Program-made: the position numbers and the translations under genes
The notes under the pieces: model-generated
Told to the model about the DNA's origin: nothing
What the model saw: the letters and a program-made list of their open reading frames with translations, nothing else
Database searches by the model: none
From: Anthoceros angustus
Taxonomy: Eukaryota; Plantae; Anthocerotophyta
Direction: 5' to 3'
DNA length: 64,000 nucleotides
Assembly: GCA_010909165.1 (NCBI GenBank)
Contig: VJWM01000178.1
Location: 248,001-312,000 of the forward strand
Shown: positions 35,786 to 47,200 of the stretch, in pieces
How the letters are laid out: each line of letters opens with the position of its first letter
Position numbering within the stretch: the first letter of the stretch is position 1

Positions 35786-38700
35786 ATCTGCTACCACTCA
35801 CCACCTCCAATGTCCCCGGTCCGCCACCAAATTGCCGCACCGACCCGGCAGCATGGACTGCAGCAACAATCTTGCTCGCTCCCCGACGCAAGCTCCCTGC
35901 CTCCAAAACGGACTGTTGAGAACAATAACGGGGTTCGAGCTGCTCTAACTTGTGGTTCAACAAACGTTTTCACCGGCGGATTGGAGCAGTCGGGAAATGG
36001 AACGAATTTATCCTCTAACTGATGAGAACGAGGCCAGGGAGGGGTAGGTCCCGCCCATGTCGGTCCACACTGCACACCACAGGAAACCCAGCACAGATTT
36101 TATGCAAGAGGATGTAACATCCTTGTCCGGAAAGGTAGACGTACTGGGACAGCTTGAGTTCCATATCGGAAACCCTAGGATGCCAAGAGAAGTAGACAAC
36201 CTTTCTCAAGGGACGTCTGTTACGAGTTCACCAGTCATCAATCTGGTTTGGGCATGCTCTCTCCTGCTTCGAAAGGTTGGGGGGTGCGACGTGGTCTGGC
36301 CCAGTTTCTGGCTCAGTTTAACGCTGAAAGCAAGAACTGGATGCGGGCTTCCTACATAACAGCCTACCTTCAGGCCATCGTCCAGGTTCTGCACTCCATA
36401 ACTTCGGTGTCAAAACGTCTATCACCACTCAATCCTTTGACATGTGTCTGATGCCATGATATCCGTCTATCCAGGCTCACTGTCACCCTTTCCCTTTTAA
36501 GGCACATAGATGTTTCTCGTAGTAAATCAAGGCCTGGGCAGATTTAGGTCTTCGGATCTGCAGATGTGTGTCCGGCTCGTTCAATGAATCTGCTGGTGAG
36601 GCCATTTCAAAACAGCGGAGTGAGAGTTCTTTGAGATGGATGGTCCCATCTAGCATGGAGAAACACGTTGCTTTTTTAATGAGATTTGGTTAACCACCTT
36701 TTCAAGAGATGGGGGTCCCCAAAAGCATGGAGAAGCATGTCGCTTCGCACTCCCTTTGGAAAAGGGAGGAAAGGGGCGCCTCGATGTTAGCCGAAGACCT
36801 CGAGAATGATGCGAGATGATTAATGAAAGCAAGTCATACATACATGGCGTTCATGTACAATATTGCATTAAATTAGACCCACCTAATCTTTCACAAAGCG
36901 CTTGCAGGATCGGATGAGGCTTGCCAGGACACCACCAACGGCCTTGAGGAGTGTGGACTACGGACTTCCCTGGGGGGTTAGAAATTAGGTAGGGTTTTGT
37001 TTTTTTTTGTAGGAGTAAAGGATAAAATGAGGCGGAAAAGGGGAAATAAGCATGGGTAGCACTCGGGCACTGAGTATACTCCGGACTCGGAGTGAGGCGT
37101 ACAGGACCTACTATGGTAGGCGCCAGTAGCAGGATAAGTCCGGACCCACTCCAAGACCGAGGCGGGATAAATCGCCCATAAAACTCGAGTTGAGCCGTGG
37201 GAGGCGGACGGGCGCCGCCACGTGGGCAACTCAGTGGAGAAGCAGGCATGCGGTGGCGGACCGTAACCTTGCGAGGCCGTTATAGCGGTATTCACGCCCG
37301 GCGAAGACAGTGCTGGCGGCGTAAGGCGAGTAAGCGGGCGTAAGGTCGAGAATAAGCCATGCGGACCTCGGATTCTCAGGGAAGGCGCCCTCCCGCCCGG
37401 TTACTCCGAAGGAGGCCGGGGAAGGTCATTTATTCGACCTCGAGACAATTCTCGCGATCTCTTGCGCGATCCGGCTCTCTGGCGGTATCTCGTGGGACAC
37501 TCGACGTCTTGGCTCACCGTTGAGGTCGGGCGTGACAGCGGCGAAGAAGGCGCGTGCGGCGGTCTCGACAAGCGGCTCGGCAACCAAGGAGGAGAAGGCG
37601 ATGGCACCCAAAAAGCCAGCGGAAGTTTGGGAGCCATGGAACCTTGTGGGCGCAACATTGTGACCGGCGCTATCCGGACTTTGGGCCACAGCTCCGAGGC
37701 GGAGAATTGGTGCGGGAGTGGCATTTGGATGTGTTCGGATAGTGCGGACATTTGATAGTGTCACTCTGGTCAGGGAGTTCGCCGGAAGATCTTTGGCGGT
37801 CAATAAGGAGGTGCGGTCCAAGAACCTCCGGGAGGACCAAGGCGATGGACCTTGGAGGTCTGAGGCGGCCTACAACCGCCCAAAGGAGGAAGTGGTGCGG
37901 GCCCCTCAAGGCGAAGGGAAGATAGGGCCGACCACGGCGATCTGAGGCACAGGGGCCAACGGACCCTGTGGTTGGGCGATATCCGACTGTTGGGCGGTCG
38001 AGTAAGGCGGTGGCCGGATCATTGTCCTGGAACCTACTCACCAAGGTGGATCACCTTGGTGATAATCTGATAGTATTCACCTTGTGCTGCGGCCAGGAAG
38101 AAGGCGGGGGGAAGGATTATTTTCGCCCGGTTTAGCGAGGCTCAAGCTCGGGGCCAGAAGCCTTCGCCATCAGGCATCCCATACACGATCCATGTATGGG
38201 GGCATTTGACTCCTCAAGGAAGGAGAGCAGGCGCTCGGGAAAGGCCTGGAGGCCTAGGAAGTGGAGGCGGGCAAGGCGGGAGGAGGCCGATCGTCAGCCA
38301 AGCGGACTCGGGAGGAGGGCGGCGGGAGGATTCGGACTCCATCGTGCAGGCGGACCCCTCACCACCCGAAGTATGGGAAGAAATTCCGCCTCCCTCCTCT
38401 GGTGCCCCAGGCGGCCCAGGCGGCCCGAGGCGGCCCAGGCGGCCCGGCCCGCCAGCCACCACTCGGTGAGGCCGCCGGACGAGGAGCCGAAGGCGCAAGA
38501 CCACGGCTGGCAGCACCTCGGTCGGTGCAGTACCCTTCCCGCGGGTGCAAGCGGAGGAAGCGATGGGAGGCGAGAAAGGGCGGCCCGAGGCGGGAGGACA
38601 GCAGCAGCCACACCCCGAGCCCGGTCATGTGCCGGAAGGGGCAAAAGGCTTGCTCCGGACTCCCTCACCTCCTCAGCCCAGGGAGGAAAAGGCGGAGAAG

Positions 38701-39059
38701 GAGCTCGCGGCCAAAAGGGCCAAGGAGGAAGCTCGGCTCGGCCTCGGGACCTAAGGGTCTGATTAGGTCCGAGAACCCAGTCGGACTTACTCGGACAGTA
38801 TGGAGGTCCTTGGCGGACCGTGAGATGCCGGCTCCGCTACGGACTTTGTGGGAGCCTCACCGGCGGCCGTGGAAGAAACACGGCGGGTCACAGCTACCGT
38901 CATGGACGGTATGCTCAGTCTGCGGGATGGCGAGAAGACCCGGAGGTAGAAGCCACCGGGCGCATGGTACTCCTCCGGGAGGCGGTTGGAGGAGCCGAGG
39001 CGAGAAGGCCAGCTCGGCCGGATTGAGAAGCGGGAGGCGAGAGGAGGTCTGGTCCATCC

Positions 39060-42000
39060 GCAGGCCGGACCAAATTCCTCCATTTGGAGGCAGTGAGCGA
39101 GACCAAGGAGGCCCAGCGGCGGAGGACCTCTGCGAGGCGTGGCCGGCGAGCGGCCGGGCGCAAGCGAGCAGGCGGGATGGCGGGGCGGCCGTGGACGAGC
39201 CAAGGCTGGAGGCTCGGTGAAGGTGGCCAGGAGGCGGAGGCCACGGCGAGGCCGATCGCGATCACTATCGGCGTGATCGGGCCGGTGGAGGCGGCCGAGA
39301 GCCAGCCAATCGAAGGCGGCGGGAGATGGCGGAGGCGGGCAAGGCGGGAGGAAAAGGCGGAGGCCGGCCGAAATCAGGGGACCTCGAGGCCCGGTACAAG
39401 AGATAGAAGGCGGCGGGAGTTGGAGGGCAGTGAGACACCTTGGAGTTACAACTCCAAGGCAGCGTCAGGCGACAAGGAATTCTCAATGGGAGAATCCGGG
39501 ACTTGGCGAGATAGGCGCCTCGGCTGCACGAAGATGGGCGGGAGGTGGCGGAGCAGCGGACCAACCAGGCCAAAGCTCAGGAGGTGGAGGATCTCGGACT
39601 CGGCTCGGGAGGTGGCAGCGGCGGAGATGGAGGACCGCAAGGAGACTTTGGGCTGCGGCTCAAACTATCATTGAGAGGAATGGTAGTCTGCGGGACATGG
39701 TGGCGGAGCAGCGGCCGGCTAAAGCTCGGCTACATTGGCGGGGAGTCGATGGCGATGGAGCAGGAGGCGGGGCGTCGCCGAGATGGAAAAGGGCACAGGT
39801 GAAGCCCATGATCTGGCCGTGTTGCCCGGATGGGCGGGAGATGGCGGAGTTGACGGAATGGACAAGGAGGCGGAGGCGGCCGTGGACGAGCCAAGGCTGG
39901 GTCAGTGAGGAAGTCGGAAGGAGCAGCTGCGTTATGGCGGGCAAGGCGGAGCGGAAGCGGAGAGTTGGAGCAAGTGGAGCAGCGGCGGGAGGTGGGCAGC
40001 GGGAGATGGAGGACCGCAAGGAGACTTTGGGCTGCGACTCAAACTATCGAGAGGAATGGTAGTCTGCGGGACATGGTGAGCAGCCGAAATAAACTCCGGC
40101 TGTTGGCGGGGAGTCGATGGCGATGGAGCAGGAGGCGGGGCGTCGCCGAGATGGAAAAGGGCTGGGTGAAGCCCATGATCTGCCGTGTTGCCCGGCCGTC
40201 TGGAGGCGGGAGATGGCGGAGTTACGGAATGGACAAGGAGGCGGAGGCGGCGGACAAGAAGCTGCTGATCGGTGAGGAAGTCGGAAGGGCGTTATGGCGG
40301 GCAAGGCGGAGCGGAAGCGGAGAGTTGGAGCAAGTGGAGCAACAAGGAGGCGGGGCGGAGGTGGCCGGCGACCACTGGCGACCTCGCGAGCAACCCGGCT
40401 CCGGCTATCAAACTGGCGGGAGGTGGAGCAACAAGCGGGGCAGGCTCGGCTCCGGAGCATCTATGGCGAAGGAGTATCGGTGCTCGGGCGCGTGGAAGAG
40501 GCAATCCGGCAAGTGGATTCGGACTTTGCCTATTACCACCGAGCTCACGAAGGCGGTAGAGGCCTCTCGGCCGCGCCAATAGGCGGCCTGGAAGGCTCGG
40601 AGGGAAGAAGGGAGGCGGCGGAGTTGGAGGGCTGAGACACCTTGGAGTTACAACTCCAAGGAGCGTCGGGCGACAAGGAATTCTCAATGGGAGAATCCGG
40701 GACTTGACGGGAGATAGGCGCCTCCGGCTCTGCACGAAGATGGGCGGGAGGTGGCGGAGCAGGAGGCGGAGAAGCTCGCAGGTGGAGGATCTCGGACTCG
40801 GCTCGGGAGGTGGAGCGGCGGGAGATGGAGGACCGCAAGGAGACTTTGGGCTGCGACTCAAACTATCGTGAGAGGAATGGTAGTCTGCGGGACATGGTGG
40901 CGGAGCAGCGGAGGCGGCCGGCTCCGGCTCTGGCGGCCAGTCGATGGCGATGGAGCAGGAGGCGGGGCGTCGCCGAGATGGAAAAGGGCACAGGTGAAGC
41001 CCATGATCTGCCGTGTTGCCCGGCCGTCTGGAGGCGGGAGATGGCGGAGCGACGAGAATGGACAAGGAGGCGGGGCGGCGGACAAAAGCTGATCGGTGAG
41101 GAAGTCGGAAGGAGCAGCTGCGTTATGGCTGGCGGAGCAGGAAGCGGAGAGTTGGAGCAAGTGGAGCAACGGCGGCAGCTGCGGGAGGTGGCCGGCGACC
41201 ACTGGCGACCTCGCGAGGCGGCCGGCTCCGGCTATCAACTGGCGGGAGGTGGAGCAACAAGCGGGGCAGGCTCGGCTCCGGAGCATCTATGGCGAAGGAG
41301 TATCGGGGCACACGTGGAAGAGGCAATCCGGCAAGTGGATTCGGACTTTGCCTATTACCACCGAGCTCCACAGGCGGTAGAGGCCGCGCCAATAGGCGGG
41401 CCTGGAAGGCTCGGAGGGAAGAAGGGCAGCGGCCACAGGGACCCTAGGGGCCTGTTTGGCAACAGCGGCGAAGGAGGAGCCCAGGAGGCGGGCCTTGGCG
41501 GACCCCAAGGTAAGTTCACCACCACCCGATCCGTAGGGGGTGAGGGCACGGCGGGGGTGGCCGGACCAAATTTTGGAGGAGCAGTGAGCAGACCAAGGAG
41601 GCGGAGGCGGGGCGGAGGACCTCTGAGGCGGGGCGTAGCGGCGCGAGGGCCGGCGAGCAGGCGGGATGGCGGGGCGGGCTGGACGAGCCAAGGCTGGAGG
41701 CTCGGTGAAGGTGGCCAGGAGGCGGAGGCCCAGCGGGCCGATCGCGATCACTATCGGCGTGATCGGGCCGGTGGAGGCGGCCGAGAGCCAGCCAATCTCA
41801 AAGAGGCGGTGGCAGAACAAGCACGGACAAGCCGGGCGGCTCTGAGCCGGCCGAAATCAGGGGACCTCGGCCTTGTACAAGAGATAGAAGGGAGGCGGCG
41901 GAGTTGGAGGGCAGTAAGGACACCTTGGAGTTACAACTCCAAGGAGCGTCGGGCGACAAGGAATTCTCAATGGGAGAATCCGGGACTTGACGGGAGATAG

Positions 42001-42850
42001 GCGCCTCCGGCTCTGCACGAAGATGGGCGGGAGGTGGCGGAGCAGGAGGCGGAGAAGCTCGCAGGTGGAGGATCTCGGACTCGGCTCGGGAGGTGGAGCG
42101 GCGGGAGATGGAGGACCGCAAGGAGACTTTGGGCTGCGACTCAAACTATCGTGAGAGGAATGGTAGTCTGCGGGACATGGTGGCGGAGCAGCGGTAAGCG
42201 GCTCCGGCTCTGGCGGCCAGTCGATGGCGATGGAGCAGGAGGCGGGGCGTCGCCGAGATGGAAAAGGGCACAGGTGAAGCCCATGATCTGCCGTGTTGCC
42301 CGGCCGTCTGGAGGCGGGAGATGGCGGAGCGACGAGAATGGACAAGGAGGCGGGGCGGCGGACAAAAGCTGATCGGTGAGGAAGTCGGAAGGAGCAGCTG
42401 CGTTATGGCTGGCGGAGCAGGAAGCGGAGAGTTGGAGCAAGTGGAGCAACGGCGGCAGCTGCGGGAGGTGGCCGGCGACCACTGGCGACCTCGCGAGGCG
42501 GCCGGCTCCGGCTATCAACTGGCGGGAGGTGGAGCAACAAGCGGGGCAGGCTCGGCTCCGGAGCATCTATGGCGAAGGAGTATCGGGGCACACGTGGAAG
42601 AGGCAATCCGGCAAGTGGATTCGGACTTTGCCTATTACCACCGAGCTCTGAGGCGGTAGAGGCCGCGCCAATAGGCGGGCCTGGAAGGCTCGGAGGGAAG
42701 AAGGGCAGCGGCCACAGGACCCTAGGGGCCTGTTTGGGACAGCAGCGAAGGAGGAGCCCAGGAGGCGGGGCGGCGGACCCCAAGGTAAGTTCACCACCAC
42801 CCGATCCGGTGAGGGGCTGCAGTGCAGGGGAGCCAACCGGACCAAGACAA
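39060..42850 (+). repeat. GC-rich complex tandem repeat, three related ~0.8-1.3 kb units
   Basis: Anchor GACACCTTGGAGTTACAACTCCAAGG at 39434, 40636 and 41919; anchor GGACTTTGCCTATTACCACCGAGCTC at 40521, 41343 and 42623; the block at ~39065-39410 is repeated at ~41563-41900. Confidence 0.95.
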
Positions 42851-44133
42851 GGGTCGGGGTAAGGAGGAGGACCTAGCGATCTGAGGTCCACGGGAAGGGT
42901 CGGAGTTTGGAGATCGGACCCGGTAATATCTGGACCACGAGGTCCGAACCCGAGCAGGCGGACCCGGCCGGTCGGACTCGGGAAATAAACGGACCCTTGG
43001 GTTCGGGGCTCGGAGTCGAGCCGGACCTCGAGGTCGGACTCGGCGATGAGGAGTCCCCGACTTACGCTAGGGGTGACAGGTGGCCCCAGGAGAGGACCAG
43101 GAAGGCGAGGAGGATGACGTTGTGTAGCGGTCGTCGGGGCCTTGATGCGGCGGATTCGGGAGAAGGAGGGTCCGCCTCGCGGATCATCCGATTAGGGTCG
43201 CAATTGTCGAGGCGGAGATTGGACCACCAATCCCAAGGCGGAACCGGGACCTTCCAGCCAGCCGGCGAAGGAGATAGGAGGAGGAAATAGGATGGTAGGC
43301 GGCGATTAGGGCATCTTGGTGGCCGTCGGCTCGAATAGGGGTGTAATAAAGGCGCCGACCTAGGCGTAGTATAAGAGGGGCTGCCACAGATAAATCATCT
43401 TTTCCTTGGTGTTGATGCGCGTTCTTGCGGACCTGTGTCTTCACGATAACGTGAGTCTGAGTCAGGCGAGCACGGCGGCAGGAGGATCGATCGAGGTCAC
43501 GGTGGACCTAACGTGTTGTGGTGTGTGCGGGGAGTGGCGGGGACCCGTGCTCGTCGAGCCGCGACAGCCGAGCGGACGGCGTGTGGCCGGAGGGACTTGA
43601 GGCGTCTGGGGAGGCCAGTGGAGCAGCGGAGGAGGTCGGGCTGTAACCAGCGTCTTCCCTTAAGGCGATAAGTGTAGTGTGAGAGGTGGACGAGAGGTGT
43701 GAGAGCGAGCAGGAGCGGAGCAGACACAGGTCCTTAAGCGTTTGGCCATACCGGCTGTGCGGTGTTGTCGCGAGTAGTTAGGCGTGAACTAAGGGGTGTG
43801 CGTTAGGGGCGGACGTAAAGTAAGGCAATCGCTGGCGCGCAAGAGTCATTCCCTTGGGAACGAACTCCTTCCTACAACGATATGGGATTGTGCGCGCCCG
43901 GCTGGCCGTCAGCAAAAGTCGCGCCACAAGGAGCAAACGGGATGAGGCTCGCCAGGACACCACCAATGGCCTTGAGCTCCTCGAGGATAACACGTCTAAG
44001 ATGGTATTAAAGAAGGCATTTTCGAGATGTTCAAGTGTAAGACCACTCACTCCGGGTGGGTTTCTTGGCATGCCTTGACACCAAACACCACGGATTCGCA
44101 ACCCCCGACACCACGGATTTGCAACTCCCTTGC

Positions 44134-44145
44134 GTGACAGTGCCA
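44134..44145 (-). promoter_or_regulatory. Candidate primer-binding site (tRNA-Asp type), CpG-decayed
   Basis: TGGCACTGTCAC equals TGGCGCCGTCGC with three transitions, all at CpG dinucleotides. It lies 3 nt after a CA. Confidence 0.5.
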
Positions 44146-44256
44146 AATTGAAGGGTTCAAAGTGCTAGTGGAGAAGAGTGCAAACTATCTAAGTGAGAAG
44201 GAGTCGTGTTCGTTGCTTCTATGGCAGGTCCTATCGCCCTACTAAAAATCTTTGTC

Positions 44257-47200
44257 TCAATTATAATTATTGTTGTAATTTTTTTTGTTACACTTCTAAA
44301 TTGCATCATGCTCGAGAGGCTTGGTATTTGTTATACCAAATTGCATCAATGCTCCAGAGGCTTGGTATTTGTTACACCAAATTGCATCATGCTCGAGCCT
44401 TGGCTATTACACTTCCAAATTGCAATATGCTCCAAAGGAGTCCCCAATCTCTCCTTCCATGCTCTTCATTACACCTCTATAGACAACTATTTGTTTATGT
44501 TGCCTACATCAGAATTGCAATATGACTATATCATGGAGCCCCCTCTCTTTCCTCCCACCCTCTCTCATTCCTCTCACCTTACCCTCTCCATTACACCCCC
44601 ATTATTAGTTTATGTTGCCCACACCAGAATTACAACATCAGTGTAACATGGAACTGCAACTCTCACTCTCAACTCTCACCTCTCCCCCTTTGTTTTTGGG
44701 TGGATGGGTTTTTTCCATCTCTTTTTTCTAATAAAGTCTTCTTTTCCACTCTCACCTCTCACCACAACCTCATAACTACACCATTTTTTGGCTTCAATTT
44801 TTTTTTACTTGTCCACATGTCATGCCATCATTCTATCCCTTGGTCTCTAACATAACTTCTAACCCTTGGTCTTACCCAGGTACTCCAACATAACTTCTAC
44901 CCCCTTAGTCTTACCCAGATACTCCAACTTCTAACCCTTGGTCTTACCCAAACACTCCAACATAACTTCTACCCCTTGCTCCTAACCAAGTACTCCTAAA
45001 CGTATTTCATTATATTATATTATATAATTAATAACGTAATATATTTTATTCTTATTACATATTATATTAAGGTATAAATTACCTTTCAATCATTCCACCA
45101 ATGCTACACATTTAGATTGAGCACCTCAATACTCACCACGTTGCCATCATTCTACCCCTTTGGTCTCTACCATAACTTTTAATCCTTGGTCTTACCCAGG
45201 CAGTCCAAAGTAACTTCTACCCCTTACCCCTTACCAAGTACTCCTAAACATGGTTAGAAATACAACTCCTTCTCTCCTCACCTCTATGTCCAAGCTCCCA
45301 AATGTGAATTCTTGCAAGAACGTCTAGAGTATTTAGGGCAATGTTATACGCTATAATATAATATGTATCAATAATTTCATATAATATTTATTAATAATTA
45401 CAAATTATATAAAGGTATAAATTACTTATCAATTACGTTATATTAAGGTATGAATTATTTATCAATCAGGCCATCAATGCTGGATGTTAAAATTTACCAT
45501 CAATACTAACCGTTCAATTTTAGCACGCATCAATACTCACTGGGAGCAGGGACAGGAGCGGGAAGCCAGGGCGTGGAGTGGAAGCTTTAGCACGCATCAA
45601 TACTCACTGGGAGCGGGGACAGGAGCGGGAAGCCAGGGCGTGGAGTGGAAGCGGGGGAGAAAGAAAGGGAGGGGAGAGAGGAAGCAAGAGAGGCCATGGA
45701 AAAGGGGAGCAAGAGAGAAGGAGCACAAGAGGGAGAGCAAGAGAGGGGAGCAAGAGAATGACAAAAGAGGGGAAAAGAGGGTACATAATTGATAATTATA
45801 AAAATATGATAAATCAATAAAAATATTATTAAGATCAAGATTCACAATGACAAATAAGAATGTTGTTAATTCACCTCACCAATCTTAACTATCCGGGATG
45901 TATGGTTTCACAGGGGGTTCCTCTAAGCCCCGAACTATGCATGTCACCTCAACCCACTATGTCCCACATATGATCGTGTCCATGCCATGATTCGTTGGGT
46001 TTTCTTTGCCACGTGCCCAACTGTTGACCCATCTACTACAATCGAACCCGCATCAGCCACTCGGTAGTGTCGATTCTCTAGTCTGTCTTTGTGTAGTAAT
46101 CTTTTACTAGTCTTCATGAGTGTTGTGTAGCACACGCTTCACTTCTCTATGCATGCGATCCATATTAGATATAGTGTAACAAAGCTATGTACAACCATTA
46201 TATGCATTTATTAGCCAGAAAGGGCCAACCTCTTAAAAATGGTTAAATTAGGTTCGAAACCACGCATCTCTAAAGAGTTCTCCTCTAGGCAGCTCCTCGC
46301 AAGTTGCACCCTTCTCTTCTCTCCGGGGAGTTGTATATACGAACGGTCAGGCGGCTAGTGAATAGAGCATTCCCACCAATGGGTCACCACCTCCAAAAGC
46401 TCTTGCTAATTTTAGGAAAGATGTTGTATTGTCGAGTTACACTTGACCTCATGCGAGAATCATTGAAGAAAATGTTGTTCTTTTAAGGGCTCGTCAACCT
46501 TAGATTAATTGAAGTAAGCTTCCAACAAGTTTTCAACTCATTAACAATGGACTTTTTATGTAATATTGCTTGGGTATCTAAGTAACCTCAACTTGAAATC
46601 ATCACAAGAGATAAAATATTTTTGAGGTCTATATATGGGCTTCTTGGCTTCATTATATTTATGCCTCAAGTATGTGTTCGATTCTTTGTAAAAGTTGTTT
46701 CATTCTTTAACAAGTTTAACGAGATGGCATTTTCACAAACACGGATATCTTGGAAGTTAGTGTTAGTGATGATTATGCTTGCTATTGGGATTTGGAAAGA
46801 TGACGCGATTGCGCGTAACATGGATGACCTATATTGACAAAGATTATTGTAATGAGGCAATTATCATGACCTTTGCAAAGGAGAAGGACGGATTATGAGA
46901 GCCACCCTTTCAACCCTAGCGCCACATGCATTCTACATGGCTCGGGACCAAATGAATTTGTGATGTGATGAAGCATTCATACTTTTCTCACGTGTGGCAA
47001 ATTGCGTTATAGCACGTGTGGGAGGCGTACATCTCAAAATGTTATAATTATTGTTGTAATTTTTTTTGTTACACTTCTAAATTGCATCATGCTCGAGAGG
47101 CTTGGTATTTGTTATACCAAATTGCATCAATGCTCCAGAGGCTTGGTATTTGTTACACCAAATTGCATCATGCTCCGGAGCCTTGGCTTGTTACACTTCC

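Larger units (their letters stand above)
36860..44150 (-). mobile_element. Decayed, apparently non-autonomous Ty3/Gypsy (Athila/Tat-like) LTR-retrotransposon internal region; left boundary uncertain
   Basis: The minus strand at 44150-44134 reads CA-ATT-TGGCACTGTCAC: an LTR-type CA end, a 3-nt gap and a PBS-like tract. The plus strand carries a fragmented Pro/Arg/Glu-rich ORF from ~37600 to 43290. I recognised no RT, RNase H or integrase motifs and found no second LTR or TSD. Confidence 0.5.

Noticed and set aside
36057-36451. Protein-like ORF fragments upstream of RPN11 (MQEDVTSLSGKVDVLGQ..., AQFLAQFNAESKNW...)
   Set aside because: Short, frameshifted and unassignable; insufficient support.
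36480-36510. Minus-strand AAAAGGGAAAGGG-TG as the PPT and start of a 3' LTR
   Set aside because: The sequence beyond it does not match any part of the 44.2-53.6 kb region, so no LTR pair could be shown.
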